DNA of 52,099 nucleotides, from NCBI RefSeq assembly GCF_003057965.1, contig NZ_CP020921.1:124001-176099 (forward strand). Reading direction: 5' to 3'. This document shows, one piece after another, positions 40,038 through 50,155 of this stretch (positions are counted from its first letter, which is position 1; each line of letters opens with the position of its first letter). Below the pieces are notes generated by a model. That model did not search any database and was not told where the DNA came from. It worked only from the letters and a program-made list of their open reading frames with translations. The DNA comes from Thermodesulfobium acidiphilum. GTDB lineage: Bacteria > Thermodesulfobiota > Thermodesulfobiia > Thermodesulfobiales > Thermodesulfobiaceae. Position numbers and translations under genes: made by a program.

Positions 40038-40686
40038 GGTTTTAAAAAACGTATATTTGGGGAAAGAGTGTTTTGTTGTTCCTGTGAAACAGCAAACTGA
40101 ATGTTCCGAGCCTGAAGCGTTGTCAAATAATATTGATAAAAAAGAAGAAACAGTGGATAAAGAAGATATAATAAATAAAGCAATGTCTGAAATCGAAATG
40201 CTAAAAGAAAATGCTAGAAAGGATGGTTTCGAGTTAGGATATAAAGAGGGGATGAAAAAGGCGCAGGAAGAAATAGAGGCAAAAGAAAAGGAGTGGCTTC
40301 AGGTATTTAAAGAAAATATATTAAAGTTAGAAAAAGAAAATAAAGAATATCTTGATAGGGTTGAGAAGAGACTCGAAGAGGAAGCCTTTAATATAGTAGT
40401 GAAGTCAGTGAGCCAGATTTTGCACTCTAATTTACTGAAAGACGTAGAAATACTAAAAGAGCGAATAAGAGCTTTTCTAAGGGAAATTCCTCCTAGTGTT
40501 GAGATAAAGATAAAGGTTTCAAAAGATGACGCAGAAAGATTTTATGGTTTTGAATTGCCAGTAGAAGTTGATCCGGTTTTAAAGAGTGGGGATTTTATGA
40601 TAAAAACAGATTTAGGCTTTCTTGACGGGAGAATAAAATCTTTGGAAGATGATTTTATAAAAGAATTAAAGAGGATCTTTGAGTAG
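40018..40686 (+). CDS. fliH: Flagellar assembly protein FliH
   Basis: GxxxG repeats (DGFELGYKEG), DPVLKSGD...GFLDGRI; upstream of fliI. Confidence 0.85.
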   Translation: MKIKNSRVLKNVYLGKECFVVPVKQQTECSEPEALSNNIDKKEETVDKEDIINKAMSEIEMLKENARKDGFELGYKEGMKKAQEEIEAKEKEWLQVFKENILKLEKENKEYLDRVEKRLEEEAFNIVVKSVSQILHSNLLKDVEILKERIRAFLREIPPSVEIKIKVSKDDAERFYGFELPVEVDPVLKSGDFMIKTDLGFLDGRIKSLEDDFIKELKRIFE

Positions 40687-40688
40687 AT

Positions 40689-41996
40689 GTGAAGAATCTC
40701 AAAGTTCTAAGAGATTTTATAGAAGATTACAATTACCTCCCCTGGAATGGTACAATTGATAAGATTAGCGGTTATGTAATTGAGTCGATTGGTCCCAAGG
40801 CTTCAATTGGTGAAATAGTATACATTGATTCAGGAAAAAACCAAATACCATGTTTGGTTATTGGATTTTCTTCAAACAAAGTATATCTTACGCCTTTTGA
40901 CGCCATTGAGGGTATAGAACCAGGCTCAATAGTAAAAAAGACGGGAAAACAGCTGGGATTGTGGGTAGGTAAGCACCTTTTGGGACAGGTGTTAGATGGT
41001 TTGGGGAGACCCTTGTCAACTGGATATATAGAAAGAGATGATATGTCTCAATACAGATCGATTGAAAACAAATCTCCACATCCGCTAAAAAGAGGGAGGA
41101 TAAAAGAACCTATATCAACGGGTATCAGAGCAATAGATGGACTTTTGACTTTAGGGAAAGGGCAAAGGGTAGGGATCTTTGCAGGATCTGGCATTGGTAA
41201 AACTACACTTCTTGGAATGATATCAAGATTTTGTAACGCACAGGTAAATATTATTGCTCTAGTTGGAGAAAGAGGTCGTGAGGTTAGAGAGTTTTTGGAG
41301 GAAAGCCTAGGCGAGGATGGCCTTACTAAATCTGTAGTGATAGTGTCAACTTCAGATAATCCTCCTTCCCAGAGAGTACTTTCGGCCTTTACTGCGACTG
41401 TGATAGCAGAATACTTTAGGGACCTTGGGATGGATGTTCTTATGGTGATGGATTCTCTAACAAGAGTTTGTATGGCACAAAGGGAATTGGGACTCTCAAT
41501 TGGAGAGCCACCTACTACTAGAGGATATCCGCCATCTGTTTTCACGATGATGGCAAGACTTTTAGAGAGAGCGGGGACTTCCGATAAGGGTTCAATAACT
41601 GGCATTTATACTGTACTTGTAGAAGGGGATGACCTTGCAGAGCCAATAGCAGATCATGCAAGAAGTATATTGGATGGTCATATAGTCTTATCTAGAGACC
41701 TTGCCGAAAGGGGGTACTATCCTCCAATTGATATTTCACAAAGCATAAGCAGGCTAATGAGTTCTATCACTGATAAAGAGCATCTAAATCTTAGTTATCG
41801 AATAAAAGAGTTGATAGCCTCATATAAGGAGGCGTATGATCTTATTAACATAGGGGCATATCAGAAAGGTTCAAATTCAAAGATTGACGAAAGTATAGAA
41901 AAGATGTCGAAAATAGAGGAATTTTTAAAACAATCACCTGATGACGCTTCAAGCTTTGATAATACTCGTAGACTTCTGGAGGAGATATTGATATGA
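40689..41996 (+). CDS. fliI: Flagellar export ATPase
   Basis: GQRVGIFAGSGIGKTT, GERGREV, GEPPTTRGYPPS, LDGHIVLSR. Confidence 0.95.
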   Translation: MKNLKVLRDFIEDYNYLPWNGTIDKISGYVIESIGPKASIGEIVYIDSGKNQIPCLVIGFSSNKVYLTPFDAIEGIEPGSIVKKTGKQLGLWVGKHLLGQVLDGLGRPLSTGYIERDDMSQYRSIENKSPHPLKRGRIKEPISTGIRAIDGLLTLGKGQRVGIFAGSGIGKTTLLGMISRFCNAQVNIIALVGERGREVREFLEESLGEDGLTKSVVIVSTSDNPPSQRVLSAFTATVIAEYFRDLGMDVLMVMDSLTRVCMAQRELGLSIGEPPTTRGYPPSVFTMMARLLERAGTSDKGSITGIYTVLVEGDDLAEPIADHARSILDGHIVLSRDLAERGYYPPIDISQSISRLMSSITDKEHLNLSYRIKELIASYKEAYDLINIGAYQKGSNSKIDESIEKMSKIEEFLKQSPDDASSFDNTRRLLEEILI

Positions 41997-43051
41997 ACGT
42001 AAAAAGATACATTGCAAAAACTATTCCTGAAGCTATCTTGATGATTAGAAGAGACCTGGGGGAGGATGCGCTTATACTGTATTCCAGACCTATCAATACT
42101 GCTCCTCGTTGGATGATCTGGAGAAAGGAAAATGCGTTTGAAGTAATTGCAACGGTTAATCAGGAGAGCAGAAAGCTTGATGAACTGGCTAAAGAGGTAG
42201 AAGAATTTAAAAGGGAATTACAGGTTTTGAAAAAAAGTCAGGAAAGCCTCTCACTTCTTAAAAAGGCTAAAAGAGTTGATGAACCTGAAGTGCCGTTCTT
42301 GAAATTTCACAACTTTCGTGGGAAAACAAAAGATTCATCTATATTGATAAGTACTACAGGAGAGTTTGATGCTGGAGCAAGATATTTTTTTAAAGGGCTT
42401 GGCTTCTACCCCTTTTTTAACGAAAGAGCGGGGGTTATAGCGCTTGCATTTTTAGGTCCTACTGGAGCAGGGAAGACTACTACAATTGCAAAAATAGCTG
42501 CGAGGATGTCTTTATTGATGAAGAAAAGGGTTTGTCTTATTACACTTGATACCTTTAGAATAGCAGCTCTGGATCAACTTAAAGCTTATGCAGATATTAT
42601 GGAACTGCCTTTTTTTGTGGCGCACTCTCCTAAAGAATTGAAAGAGATCGTAAAAAAAGAGAAAAATTCAATTGATCTCTTTCTTATAGATACTATGGGA
42701 TTTTCTCCTTTTCAGGACAGTAAAATTAAAGAAATTTCAGCTTTTTTGTCTACTGGGATAGATACGGAAATTCATCTAGTTCTTTGTGCTAACTATAAAC
42801 CTCAAGAATTAAACCTTTACATTAATAAGTATAAAGCACTTAAGCCAGTTAGCATCATATGGACCAAGCTTGACGAAGTAGTGTCTCTTGGACATATTAT
42901 TGAGCTTTCAATTGAAAACAATTTGCCTATTTCACTTTTTGGCACCGGCCAAAGCGTTCCTGATAATCTGGAGGTAGCATCTGATGAATTTCTCTCAAAC
43001 CAATTAAACTCTAAATATAGAGATTTTTACCCTGAAGGTTCTGGGATATGA
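41993..43051 (+). CDS. flhF: Flagellar biosynthesis SRP-type GTPase
   Basis: LGEDALIL, GPTGAGKTTTIAK, DTFRIAA, TKLDE, GQSVPDN. Confidence 0.92.
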   Translation: MNVKRYIAKTIPEAILMIRRDLGEDALILYSRPINTAPRWMIWRKENAFEVIATVNQESRKLDELAKEVEEFKRELQVLKKSQESLSLLKKAKRVDEPEVPFLKFHNFRGKTKDSSILISTTGEFDAGARYFFKGLGFYPFFNERAGVIALAFLGPTGAGKTTTIAKIAARMSLLMKKRVCLITLDTFRIAALDQLKAYADIMELPFFVAHSPKELKEIVKKEKNSIDLFLIDTMGFSPFQDSKIKEISAFLSTGIDTEIHLVLCANYKPQELNLYINKYKALKPVSIIWTKLDEVVSLGHIIELSIENNLPISLFGTGQSVPDNLEVASDEFLSNQLNSKYRDFYPEGSGI

Positions 43052-44037
43052 GCGATCAGGCGCAAGAATTAAGAAAGCTAAGGGAAAGACTAAGTAGCGT
43101 TTTATACTCTCAATCAAATCGACAACCATTTAAAAACAAGCTTTCAATCTCTTTTGCTGGTGGGAAAGGCGGTACAGGAAAGACAGTGCTTAGCGTGAAC
43201 GTAGCCCTATCCTTTGCAAAAAATGGAATAAAAACAGTTCTTCTGGATGCAGATGTGGGGCTTGCAAACGCAAATATAATATTGGGGATAAAACCTAAAA
43301 AAAATTGGGCTGATTTTTTGTACAACAATGCCCCATTTGAAGACATATTGTACTTTTATAATAGTAATTTTATATTGATTCCTGGAGCATCAGGCATCTC
43401 AGACGCTGCAAATCTTCCATCTTACAAACAAGAGGAACTTCTTGTATCCCTTGATATCCTTGAGTCTCAGACAGATATATTAATAATTGATGTGGGGGCA
43501 GGAATTCAGGATAATATAATAAACTTCTCCATTGCATCAAACAATATTGTTGTTGTTACCAATCCCGATCCAACCGCTCTTACCGATGCTTACAGCTTTA
43601 TCAAGATAATCTCTAATAGGCTTTCTGTTGTTCATAAAATATATCTTGTAATAAATATGGCAAGGAGCTTTGATGAGGTTAAAAGAATTTATGAAGTATT
43701 TATACCAATGGTAAAATCAAGATTAAACGTAAATTTAGAAATACTTGGGAGTATTTCATATTCTGAAGAAATGGTTTTGTCAGTAAAACAAAGTAAACCT
43801 CTTCTAATAAATTATCCTAGATCTGGTGCTTCAAGACAAATAGAGATTATTTCCAACAAGCTTTTAGAAAACCTTTATAGTCAAAACCGGATTCAAAGCA
43901 TACTGCCAAAATCTCATTTTAACAAACCCGATGAGTTTGAGGCTTCTAGAAAGGAAGGTTCTAAGAGTGGATTAGATATTACCAAAAGCGATTCCTTTGT
44001 TTCAAGGTTTTGTAAATTTTTTGGAATAAAAAAGTAA
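43048..44037 (+). CDS. flhG: MinD-like flagellar number regulator
   Basis: MSDQAQELR, GKGGTGKT, DADVGLAN, PTALTDAY. Confidence 0.9.
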   Translation: MSDQAQELRKLRERLSSVLYSQSNRQPFKNKLSISFAGGKGGTGKTVLSVNVALSFAKNGIKTVLLDADVGLANANIILGIKPKKNWADFLYNNAPFEDILYFYNSNFILIPGASGISDAANLPSYKQEELLVSLDILESQTDILIIDVGAGIQDNIINFSIASNNIVVVTNPDPTALTDAYSFIKIISNRLSVVHKIYLVINMARSFDEVKRIYEVFIPMVKSRLNVNLEILGSISYSEEMVLSVKQSKPLLINYPRSGASRQIEIISNKLLENLYSQNRIQSILPKSHFNKPDEFEASRKEGSKSGLDITKSDSFVSRFCKFFGIKK

Positions 44038-44078
44038 GAATTTATCGTATAATAAAAAATAAATTATTTGGAGGAAAA

Positions 44079-44477
44079 ATGGAAGATAGATGGTTTTTAG
44101 GGGTTGCAACAGAAGATGAAGATTACTTTATAGATACACGCTCAATTCAAGAAGAGGATGGTTTTTTGGAAGTAATAATAAAGGAAGTTTTAAAGAGTGA
44201 ATCAGCAAAAAATCGAGAATTAGAATTTATTGAGTCTAAGATTAATAAAAAAATAAATTTAGATCACTCCCTTTGGAAGTGGAGATTCAATCCTAAAAAT
44301 ATGACGTATACCATTCTTTCTATTGGATACTTCGATTCGAATGGCAAATTACTTCTTAATATGAAAAGCGATGAAAGCGATCTACATTGGGAGGAAATAG
44401 AGCCTGAAACTGCTGCTGAAAACATCTTTGAAGCGGTAAAAGACGTAGTGCAAAATATGCCTGAAAAAGGGATATAA
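44079..44477 (+). CDS. Hypothetical protein (surface-adhesin E-like pattern, no signal peptide)
   Basis: SD GGAGG; W..V...YFIDTRSI...YFDSNGK...WEEIEPET pattern. Confidence 0.65.
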   Translation: MEDRWFLGVATEDEDYFIDTRSIQEEDGFLEVIIKEVLKSESAKNRELEFIESKINKKINLDHSLWKWRFNPKNMTYTILSIGYFDSNGKLLLNMKSDESDLHWEEIEPETAAENIFEAVKDVVQNMPEKGI

Positions 44478-44486
44478 AGTAATTTT

Positions 44487-46811
44487 ATGTCATTTGATAT
44501 TGTATTTTCTGGCATTTATGATAAATATCAACTATATAACTCTTTAGAGGGCTCAGATTGGGAACTTGCTGTCGTAAACATTCACATAATCAGAGGACAG
44601 GTTTTTTTTGATATAGTTCTTTGCGATAAGTTGAGAAACAAAATATTTCCTATTTTTCTAAATACATTTGAAGAAAATAGGCTATTAATCCCCAATGTAT
44701 TGAAAACTATTGATATAACTAACTTATCAAAAATTTTCGAGCAATCTTTTACAATAATCTCATCTTACAAAGATAACATAAAACCACCTAATACTACGAT
44801 TTTTACTGAAAACTATAACTATATAAAGTCACTAGATAATAACGTTAACCCGCATAGAAGGTCATTTCCTGGTATTGGTAATGCATCGTATTTAAAGTTT
44901 ATCTTGTTTTATAAGCATGTTGCTAATATTATTAGATTAAGAAATAAAAAAAGATTGGATCTTAATATCCTTGATTGTTCATGTGGCAGTGGTTATGGCT
45001 CGATTATTCTTGGCTTTATTGATAATGCTGTTATCTGTGGGGCTGATAAGGACGAAGGAGCAATCAATCTTGCAAAGGCGTTAAATTTTAGTAAAGAAAA
45101 TGTAAGTTTCGTAAACTCCTCAATGGAAGATTTGTATAAATTTGGTTCTAAATATGACTATGTTGTGAGCCTTGAAACTATTGAACATGTCCAGGATTCT
45201 GAGAAATTTTTAAATTGTGCAATAGATCTCCTTAAAGGTGACGGTACTTTAATTCTAAGCGTTCCTCACTGGCGATATCACGGAAGCGATTTGAATTCCG
45301 ATCATGTTAGTAATTGGACACCTGACAAGGTAAAAAAATTTTTCGATAAATTTTTTGAGAGGGTAGAAGTATACTTTACAGAAGTAGTAAATTTAGACAA
45401 TGTTTTAAACCAGGACTTTAGTCTTAAAGAAGATATAGATAAAAAAGCAATCGAAAATATCTTTGTAATAGCAAAAATAAAAAACAGGAGATATTCTTCA
45501 ACTTTTTATGTGGGGAGAAAACCAAGAAGGCTTCTTTTTGTAAACCACTCTATTCCTCCATATGAACATACAGGTACACCGTTGGCTACTTATTCCCAAA
45601 TGAAGCATATGAGATCTTTAGGATATGAGACTGCTGTTTTGATACCTCACCCTGATGCATCTACAAAATTTAAAAAAGAGAATGCTTTGAGTGATACAGT
45701 TTATAAAATACCTATTCTCAATTGGCAGGAGAGATTTTTGGACGACGCCTTTTCTGGGTATAATTTACGGGACTATCTTGGTATGGTGGAAGATGTTCTG
45801 GATGACTTCAAGCCAGATATAATTCACCTGGGAGATTATGTGGGAATGAGCTCAAAGATTATAGAGCTATTTGAAGCAAAGGGTATTCCTATATGTAGAG
45901 AAGTTCACGCTATTGAAGAGCTGTGCTTAAAAATCAGACCATCTGGAGGCAATATGGATGGTTTGTGTACAGGTCCAGAGTCAGTTGAAAAGTGTGCAAA
46001 GTGTGTTCTTAATAGTATGTACGAATCAAATGAGCTTTTTTCAATTAGGCTTTTATCTGAAATTATAGGAAAACTTCTTGCAAGGTTTAGATACATCAAC
46101 TACCTTTACGCTAAGTTTGACGCGGTTATCTTCCCATCTTCTAGTTGGATGGAATATATGATGAATTATTTAAAGATAAATAAGGACAGGGCATTTGTTG
46201 TGCCCATTGGTATAGATATGAAATCGCCGAGAAAAATTTTTATGCAAGAAGACTCTATTAAAAGAAAAAACCTTAATTTAGCTTATCTTGGCACTGTCGC
46301 AATGGGAAAGGGGCTTGGCATTTTAGAAAGACTATTCAAAGATAAAGATTTACTAAGTAGAGATTTTAACCTTTATATATTTGGCAGATGTCAGGACGGC
46401 GAATCAGAAGAAAAGGTTAAATGTCTTGAAGAGGAATCGTTTGGTAAGGTAATTTATATGGGATCATACGAAAGAGATGATTTACCAAAGATTCTTAGTT
46501 CTATGGATCTAGGCATTTTGCCATATTTATATGAATCATATTCTATGGTTACAAGAGAACTATTGTATTTTGGTATTCCCGTAATCTCATTTAATACCTA
46601 TGGTATAGATGAAATAATAAAAGACTCTTATAACGGTTTTCTTATAGAATTAGGTGATGTAGAAAGTATGAAGGAAAAAATTGTTTACATATTGGATAAC
46701 AAAGAATTAATTGCCAAATTAAAAGAAGGCGCTTTTAACACCTCTATTATCACTCCACAGGAAGAAGCGCGCATGTTAGATGAGATATACAAGAGAATAG
46801 CGAAAAAATAA
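44487..46811 (+). CDS. SAM-dependent methyltransferase / GT4 glycosyltransferase fusion
   Basis: ILDCSCGSGYG, SLETIEH; then FVNHSIPP..GT, FKPDIIH, KGLG, ESYSMVTRE, GIDEII. Confidence 0.85.
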   Translation: MSFDIVFSGIYDKYQLYNSLEGSDWELAVVNIHIIRGQVFFDIVLCDKLRNKIFPIFLNTFEENRLLIPNVLKTIDITNLSKIFEQSFTIISSYKDNIKPPNTTIFTENYNYIKSLDNNVNPHRRSFPGIGNASYLKFILFYKHVANIIRLRNKKRLDLNILDCSCGSGYGSIILGFIDNAVICGADKDEGAINLAKALNFSKENVSFVNSSMEDLYKFGSKYDYVVSLETIEHVQDSEKFLNCAIDLLKGDGTLILSVPHWRYHGSDLNSDHVSNWTPDKVKKFFDKFFERVEVYFTEVVNLDNVLNQDFSLKEDIDKKAIENIFVIAKIKNRRYSSTFYVGRKPRRLLFVNHSIPPYEHTGTPLATYSQMKHMRSLGYETAVLIPHPDASTKFKKENALSDTVYKIPILNWQERFLDDAFSGYNLRDYLGMVEDVLDDFKPDIIHLGDYVGMSSKIIELFEAKGIPICREVHAIEELCLKIRPSGGNMDGLCTGPESVEKCAKCVLNSMYESNELFSIRLLSEIIGKLLARFRYINYLYAKFDAVIFPSSSWMEYMMNYLKINKDRAFVVPIGIDMKSPRKIFMQEDSIKRKNLNLAYLGTVAMGKGLGILERLFKDKDLLSRDFNLYIFGRCQDGESEEKVKCLEEESFGKVIYMGSYERDDLPKILSSMDLGILPYLYESYSMVTRELLYFGIPVISFNTYGIDEIIKDSYNGFLIELGDVESMKEKIVYILDNKELIAKLKEGAFNTSIITPQEEARMLDEIYKRIAKK

Positions 46812-46817
46812 GCCCTT

Positions 46818-47510
46818 TTATTTATTTTTTATTATATTTTTTACTGTCATCCACAATTCTTTTATCATTGAATAGGCCTTAGGGTCAGTTGATCCTTTTG
46901 GATCTCTTGAAAAAGAGAAGTTTAACCAGTAGACAGCCTGTTCAAGCCTATTGAGTTTGAAATACATCGAAGCTATCATGTATTCTACAAGGGTTTGACT
47001 CATTTTTCCACCTAGCGGAAATTCTTCGTGATCATATGCCTTTTCGTAAAACTCTATAGCTTTTTTTCTGTACTCATCTTCATCTGAAGATCCAAAGCTT
47101 TTAGCAAGACAGGTCATCCTGAAATATATTCCTGCTAGAAGGCTTGCGCTGTGACCTGCTATATTAGCACAATAAATTGCCTGCTCGTAAGCGTCTATAG
47201 CACGCGCATAATCTCTTTCGCCTGTAACATCTATTTTATAAAGTTTTGATTTGGGAAGCTCTTTTTGGAGTAGCGTTATTACTACATCTGAAAGTTTGTT
47301 TTGAAAACTGTGATCAAGATTTGCATAGCCACACTCAGGACATACAACTGGGCTATAAAGATTTGGATTTATGCCTTCATAGGTATTGCACATATCAATG
47401 TCTCTACTCTTTATCCTAAAGGCATTAGTTTTCAATTTTAATTGTTTAAATTTAGCCTTACATACGGGGCAGACAAGATCTGTTTGGAAAAATTTGTTTT
47501 TGTCGAACAA
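46818..47510 (-). CDS. DUF2225-like protein (Zn-ribbon plus TPR-like helices)
   Basis: CPVC, D.DMC.TY..INP..Y..VVCPECGYA, AIEFYEKAY. Confidence 0.8.
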   Translation of the reverse strand: MFDKNKFFQTDLVCPVCKAKFKQLKLKTNAFRIKSRDIDMCNTYEGINPNLYSPVVCPECGYANLDHSFQNKLSDVVITLLQKELPKSKLYKIDVTGERDYARAIDAYEQAIYCANIAGHSASLLAGIYFRMTCLAKSFGSSDEDEYRKKAIEFYEKAYDHEEFPLGGKMSQTLVEYMIASMYFKLNRLEQAVYWLNFSFSRDPKGSTDPKAYSMIKELWMTVKNIIKNK

Positions 47511-47600
47511 TCTTTCACCTTCTTGATTTTTTTCTTATGTGATATTATATATAAATTAGTGAATTTTGTATAATTTATTTCAGGAGGAATTGCTTATCAG

Positions 47601-47831
47601 ATGATTGATTTTTTTAAGAGTGCCATACTGCTTTTTGAAGTAGGAGTGGCAATTTTGCTAATTGCGTTAATTTTGCTCCATGGTCCAAAAGGAGAAGGTC
47701 TGGGATCTATTGGTGGAGAGGCAAGGCTATTTACATCTCCACAGGGTTCTACTTCAGGCTTAACCAGACTCACTGCTTACGTAGCGGGAGTTTTTATTTT
47801 ACTTGCATTACTTATGGGAATTTTTTGGTAG
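47601..47831 (+). CDS. secG: Preprotein translocase subunit SecG
   Basis: Two TMs flanking LLHGPKGEGLGSIGG..LF..LTRLT. Confidence 0.9.
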   Translation: MIDFFKSAILLFEVGVAILLIALILLHGPKGEGLGSIGGEARLFTSPQGSTSGLTRLTAYVAGVFILLALLMGIFW

Positions 47832-47839
47832 GTGAGAAA

Positions 47840-49186
47840 GTGTCAAAACTTGCTAAGATAAGCCTTCCAATTTTCAACTCACTCTTGTTCTTTGCTTTTT
47901 TGCAGGGGATTGCTACTCACACCTTTGAGTGGCTCCAGTGGCTAATGATGTTTTTCATTGTATATGGCACTGTAATATTAGGGGGCTTTATAATAAAGCA
48001 ATTTGAAGATCAAAAGATCGACGAGAAATACAAGCCATATGTTAGCATACTAATACCAGCGCACAACGAGGAAAACGTCATTAGAAATACTGTTCTTGAC
48101 GCTATAAATCAAGACTATATGGATGATAAAGGCAAAAAATTATTTGAGGTAATTGTTATAGACAACGTTTCTAGCGATAATACTCCTGTGATCTTAAGGC
48201 AGATGCAAGATGAATACCCAGAACTAAGAGTTATCTATCAGGGTCAAGATGCAAAAAGGGGTAAACCTGCTGCCTTGATAGCCGGTTTAAGGGAATCTCA
48301 AGGAGAAGTCATTGCAGTCTTTGACTCTGATACCAGGATTCCATCTGATTTTATAAAGAAGTGCATGCCATATCTATCCGATCCGAAGGTCGGAGGGGTT
48401 CAGTCGTTAGTTAGGATGTATAATGCCGACAAGAATTTTTTGACAAAGGCCCAAGACGATGAGTTTGCCATATTTACGAGAATATATCAGGAGGGTAGAG
48501 ACTTTTTAGACGGTGCGCCTACCCTTGGGGGTAATGGTCAAATAACCAAAAAAGAAGCCATTTTAGCTGTTGGTGGCTGGAATGAGCATGCTCTTACTGA
48601 AGATCTTGAGCTTTCACTAAGGTTGTATGAAGCGGGGTATAACATTAGATTTTGTCCTGAGGTATCTGTTTATCAGGAAGGGGTAGAAAACTTCGGTGCT
48701 CTTGTGAAACAGCGAACCAGATGGGCTCTGGGTTATTTACAGTGTCTTATGGAACATACCCCTAAGATTATTTTTTCCAGGATGGCTTTTAATAAGAAGT
48801 TAGACTTAAGTTTGACTCTTTTTTCTATATTTTTGCCATATTTAACTTTGGTGGGTTATGCGTATCTTTTACTTGAGCTTAGCAGGATATTTATGTTTTA
48901 TACGACTTTACCTTCCTTTATACTTAACTTTCTGGCTTTTGCATTTCTTGTTAATGCAAGCGTGGGCGCAAGAGTTTTAGGTCTACCCAGAAAGTCTTTA
49001 CTTTATGTTCCATTAAGGTATTGGTTTTTCTCGCTTCACTGGTTAATTGCTTATATACAGGCTATGTGGAAGATGTGGCTTATGTGGATAAATGATGAAG
49101 CTCCTTTCTGGGACAAAACCCATCACAACGGTTTGCAGGAAGAGACTGCAAAGGGCGTGTCTGCTGCCTTTCAAGTTATAAAGTAG
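47840..49186 (+). CDS. Membrane GT2 glycosyltransferase (MgdA-like, possible glucolipid synthase)
   Basis: IPAHNEE, FDSD, GNGQ, GGWNE..TED, QRTRW; TMs at both ends; GTG 47840 start. Confidence 0.8.
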   Translation: MSKLAKISLPIFNSLLFFAFLQGIATHTFEWLQWLMMFFIVYGTVILGGFIIKQFEDQKIDEKYKPYVSILIPAHNEENVIRNTVLDAINQDYMDDKGKKLFEVIVIDNVSSDNTPVILRQMQDEYPELRVIYQGQDAKRGKPAALIAGLRESQGEVIAVFDSDTRIPSDFIKKCMPYLSDPKVGGVQSLVRMYNADKNFLTKAQDDEFAIFTRIYQEGRDFLDGAPTLGGNGQITKKEAILAVGGWNEHALTEDLELSLRLYEAGYNIRFCPEVSVYQEGVENFGALVKQRTRWALGYLQCLMEHTPKIIFSRMAFNKKLDLSLTLFSIFLPYLTLVGYAYLLLELSRIFMFYTTLPSFILNFLAFAFLVNASVGARVLGLPRKSLLYVPLRYWFFSLHWLIAYIQAMWKMWLMWINDEAPFWDKTHHNGLQEETAKGVSAAFQVIK

Positions 49187-49225
49187 TATAAAAATAAATG
49201 TATATAGAAATGTTTCCTGTAACTT

Positions 49226-50131
49226 TTAAAACCTAAGTTCTACTCGTGCTCCCATTTCGTTTGAGAAGTGAATCAAAATGCCTGCCATTTTTGCAAGGCT
49301 TTTAATTATTGCAGTTCCTAGACCGATTCCTGAGCTATCCTGCCTATTTAGCTCCTTCATTTCTCCTTCTTTAAACCCAGGGCCACTATCCTCTATAACA
49401 AGAATATTTTCATAGAAGCTAATAAATATTGGTTCTTTCCCGTGAATTTTTGAATTTAGTAGTATATTTTTTGTTATAGTTTTAAGAATATACGGGTCTG
49501 TTTCAACAGTTTTGTCTCTTTCAATATTTATTTTTACATTTAAATGTGAATTTTTTAAAAAGGAATTTTTTAAAACTTCTTCAAGGAATAATAAGATATT
49601 AATTTTAGCTTTTTTTATATTTATTAGGCCTAGTTGAATTTTTGTTATTACTATAGCGTTATTTAATGCAAGATCAAGTCTTTTTATCTTATCTAACACC
49701 TTTTCTGAGAAAGCAGAATCTATATTGCCTGTAGCTTCTCCTGTTTCTATAATCGAACTAATGGCTGCAACTGGGGTTTTTAATTCATGAGAGATCTGAC
49801 CAAGAAGTCTTTTTTTTAGCTCTGACTCTTCTTTATTTTCTCCAGGCTTTAAGACTATGATTCTCAAATCCTGTGACGACTTTAAAATAAACGTATATTT
49901 TGTTAAATTCATGCCTAAAAATATCTCTTTTTCAAAGTCTTTTATTTTGTTATCCTTTAATATCTCGTGGGCTTCAGAGAACCTAAGTACTTCAAAATAA
50001 TATTTGCCTTCTAAATCTTTTATCCATGAAAATTCTTTGAATTTTTTATTGAAGTAGACAATCTGTCCTCTTTTGTCAATAATTAAAACAGGGTATTCAA
50101 TTAGTTCAATAACCTCTTTTAAAAGTTCCAT
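49226..50131 (-). CDS. phoR: Sensor histidine kinase, PhoR-like, no TM segments
   Basis: PAS-like N-terminus, ISHELKTP, NILLNS..HG, DSGPG, GIGLG; divergent from phoB-pstS. Confidence 0.75.
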   Translation of the reverse strand: MELLKEVIELIEYPVLIIDKRGQIVYFNKKFKEFSWIKDLEGKYYFEVLRFSEAHEILKDNKIKDFEKEIFLGMNLTKYTFILKSSQDLRIIVLKPGENKEESELKKRLLGQISHELKTPVAAISSIIETGEATGNIDSAFSEKVLDKIKRLDLALNNAIVITKIQLGLINIKKAKINILLFLEEVLKNSFLKNSHLNVKINIERDKTVETDPYILKTITKNILLNSKIHGKEPIFISFYENILVIEDSGPGFKEGEMKELNRQDSSGIGLGTAIIKSLAKMAGILIHFSNEMGARVELRF

Positions 50132-50140
50132 GTTATCTGA

Positions 50141-50150
50141 TATTATAATA
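50141..50150. promoter_or_regulatory. Palindromic bidirectional -10 element
   Basis: TATTATAATA contains TATAAT on both strands, within the 24-bp phoR/phoB gap. Confidence 0.65.
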
Positions 50151-50155
50151 GAAAT

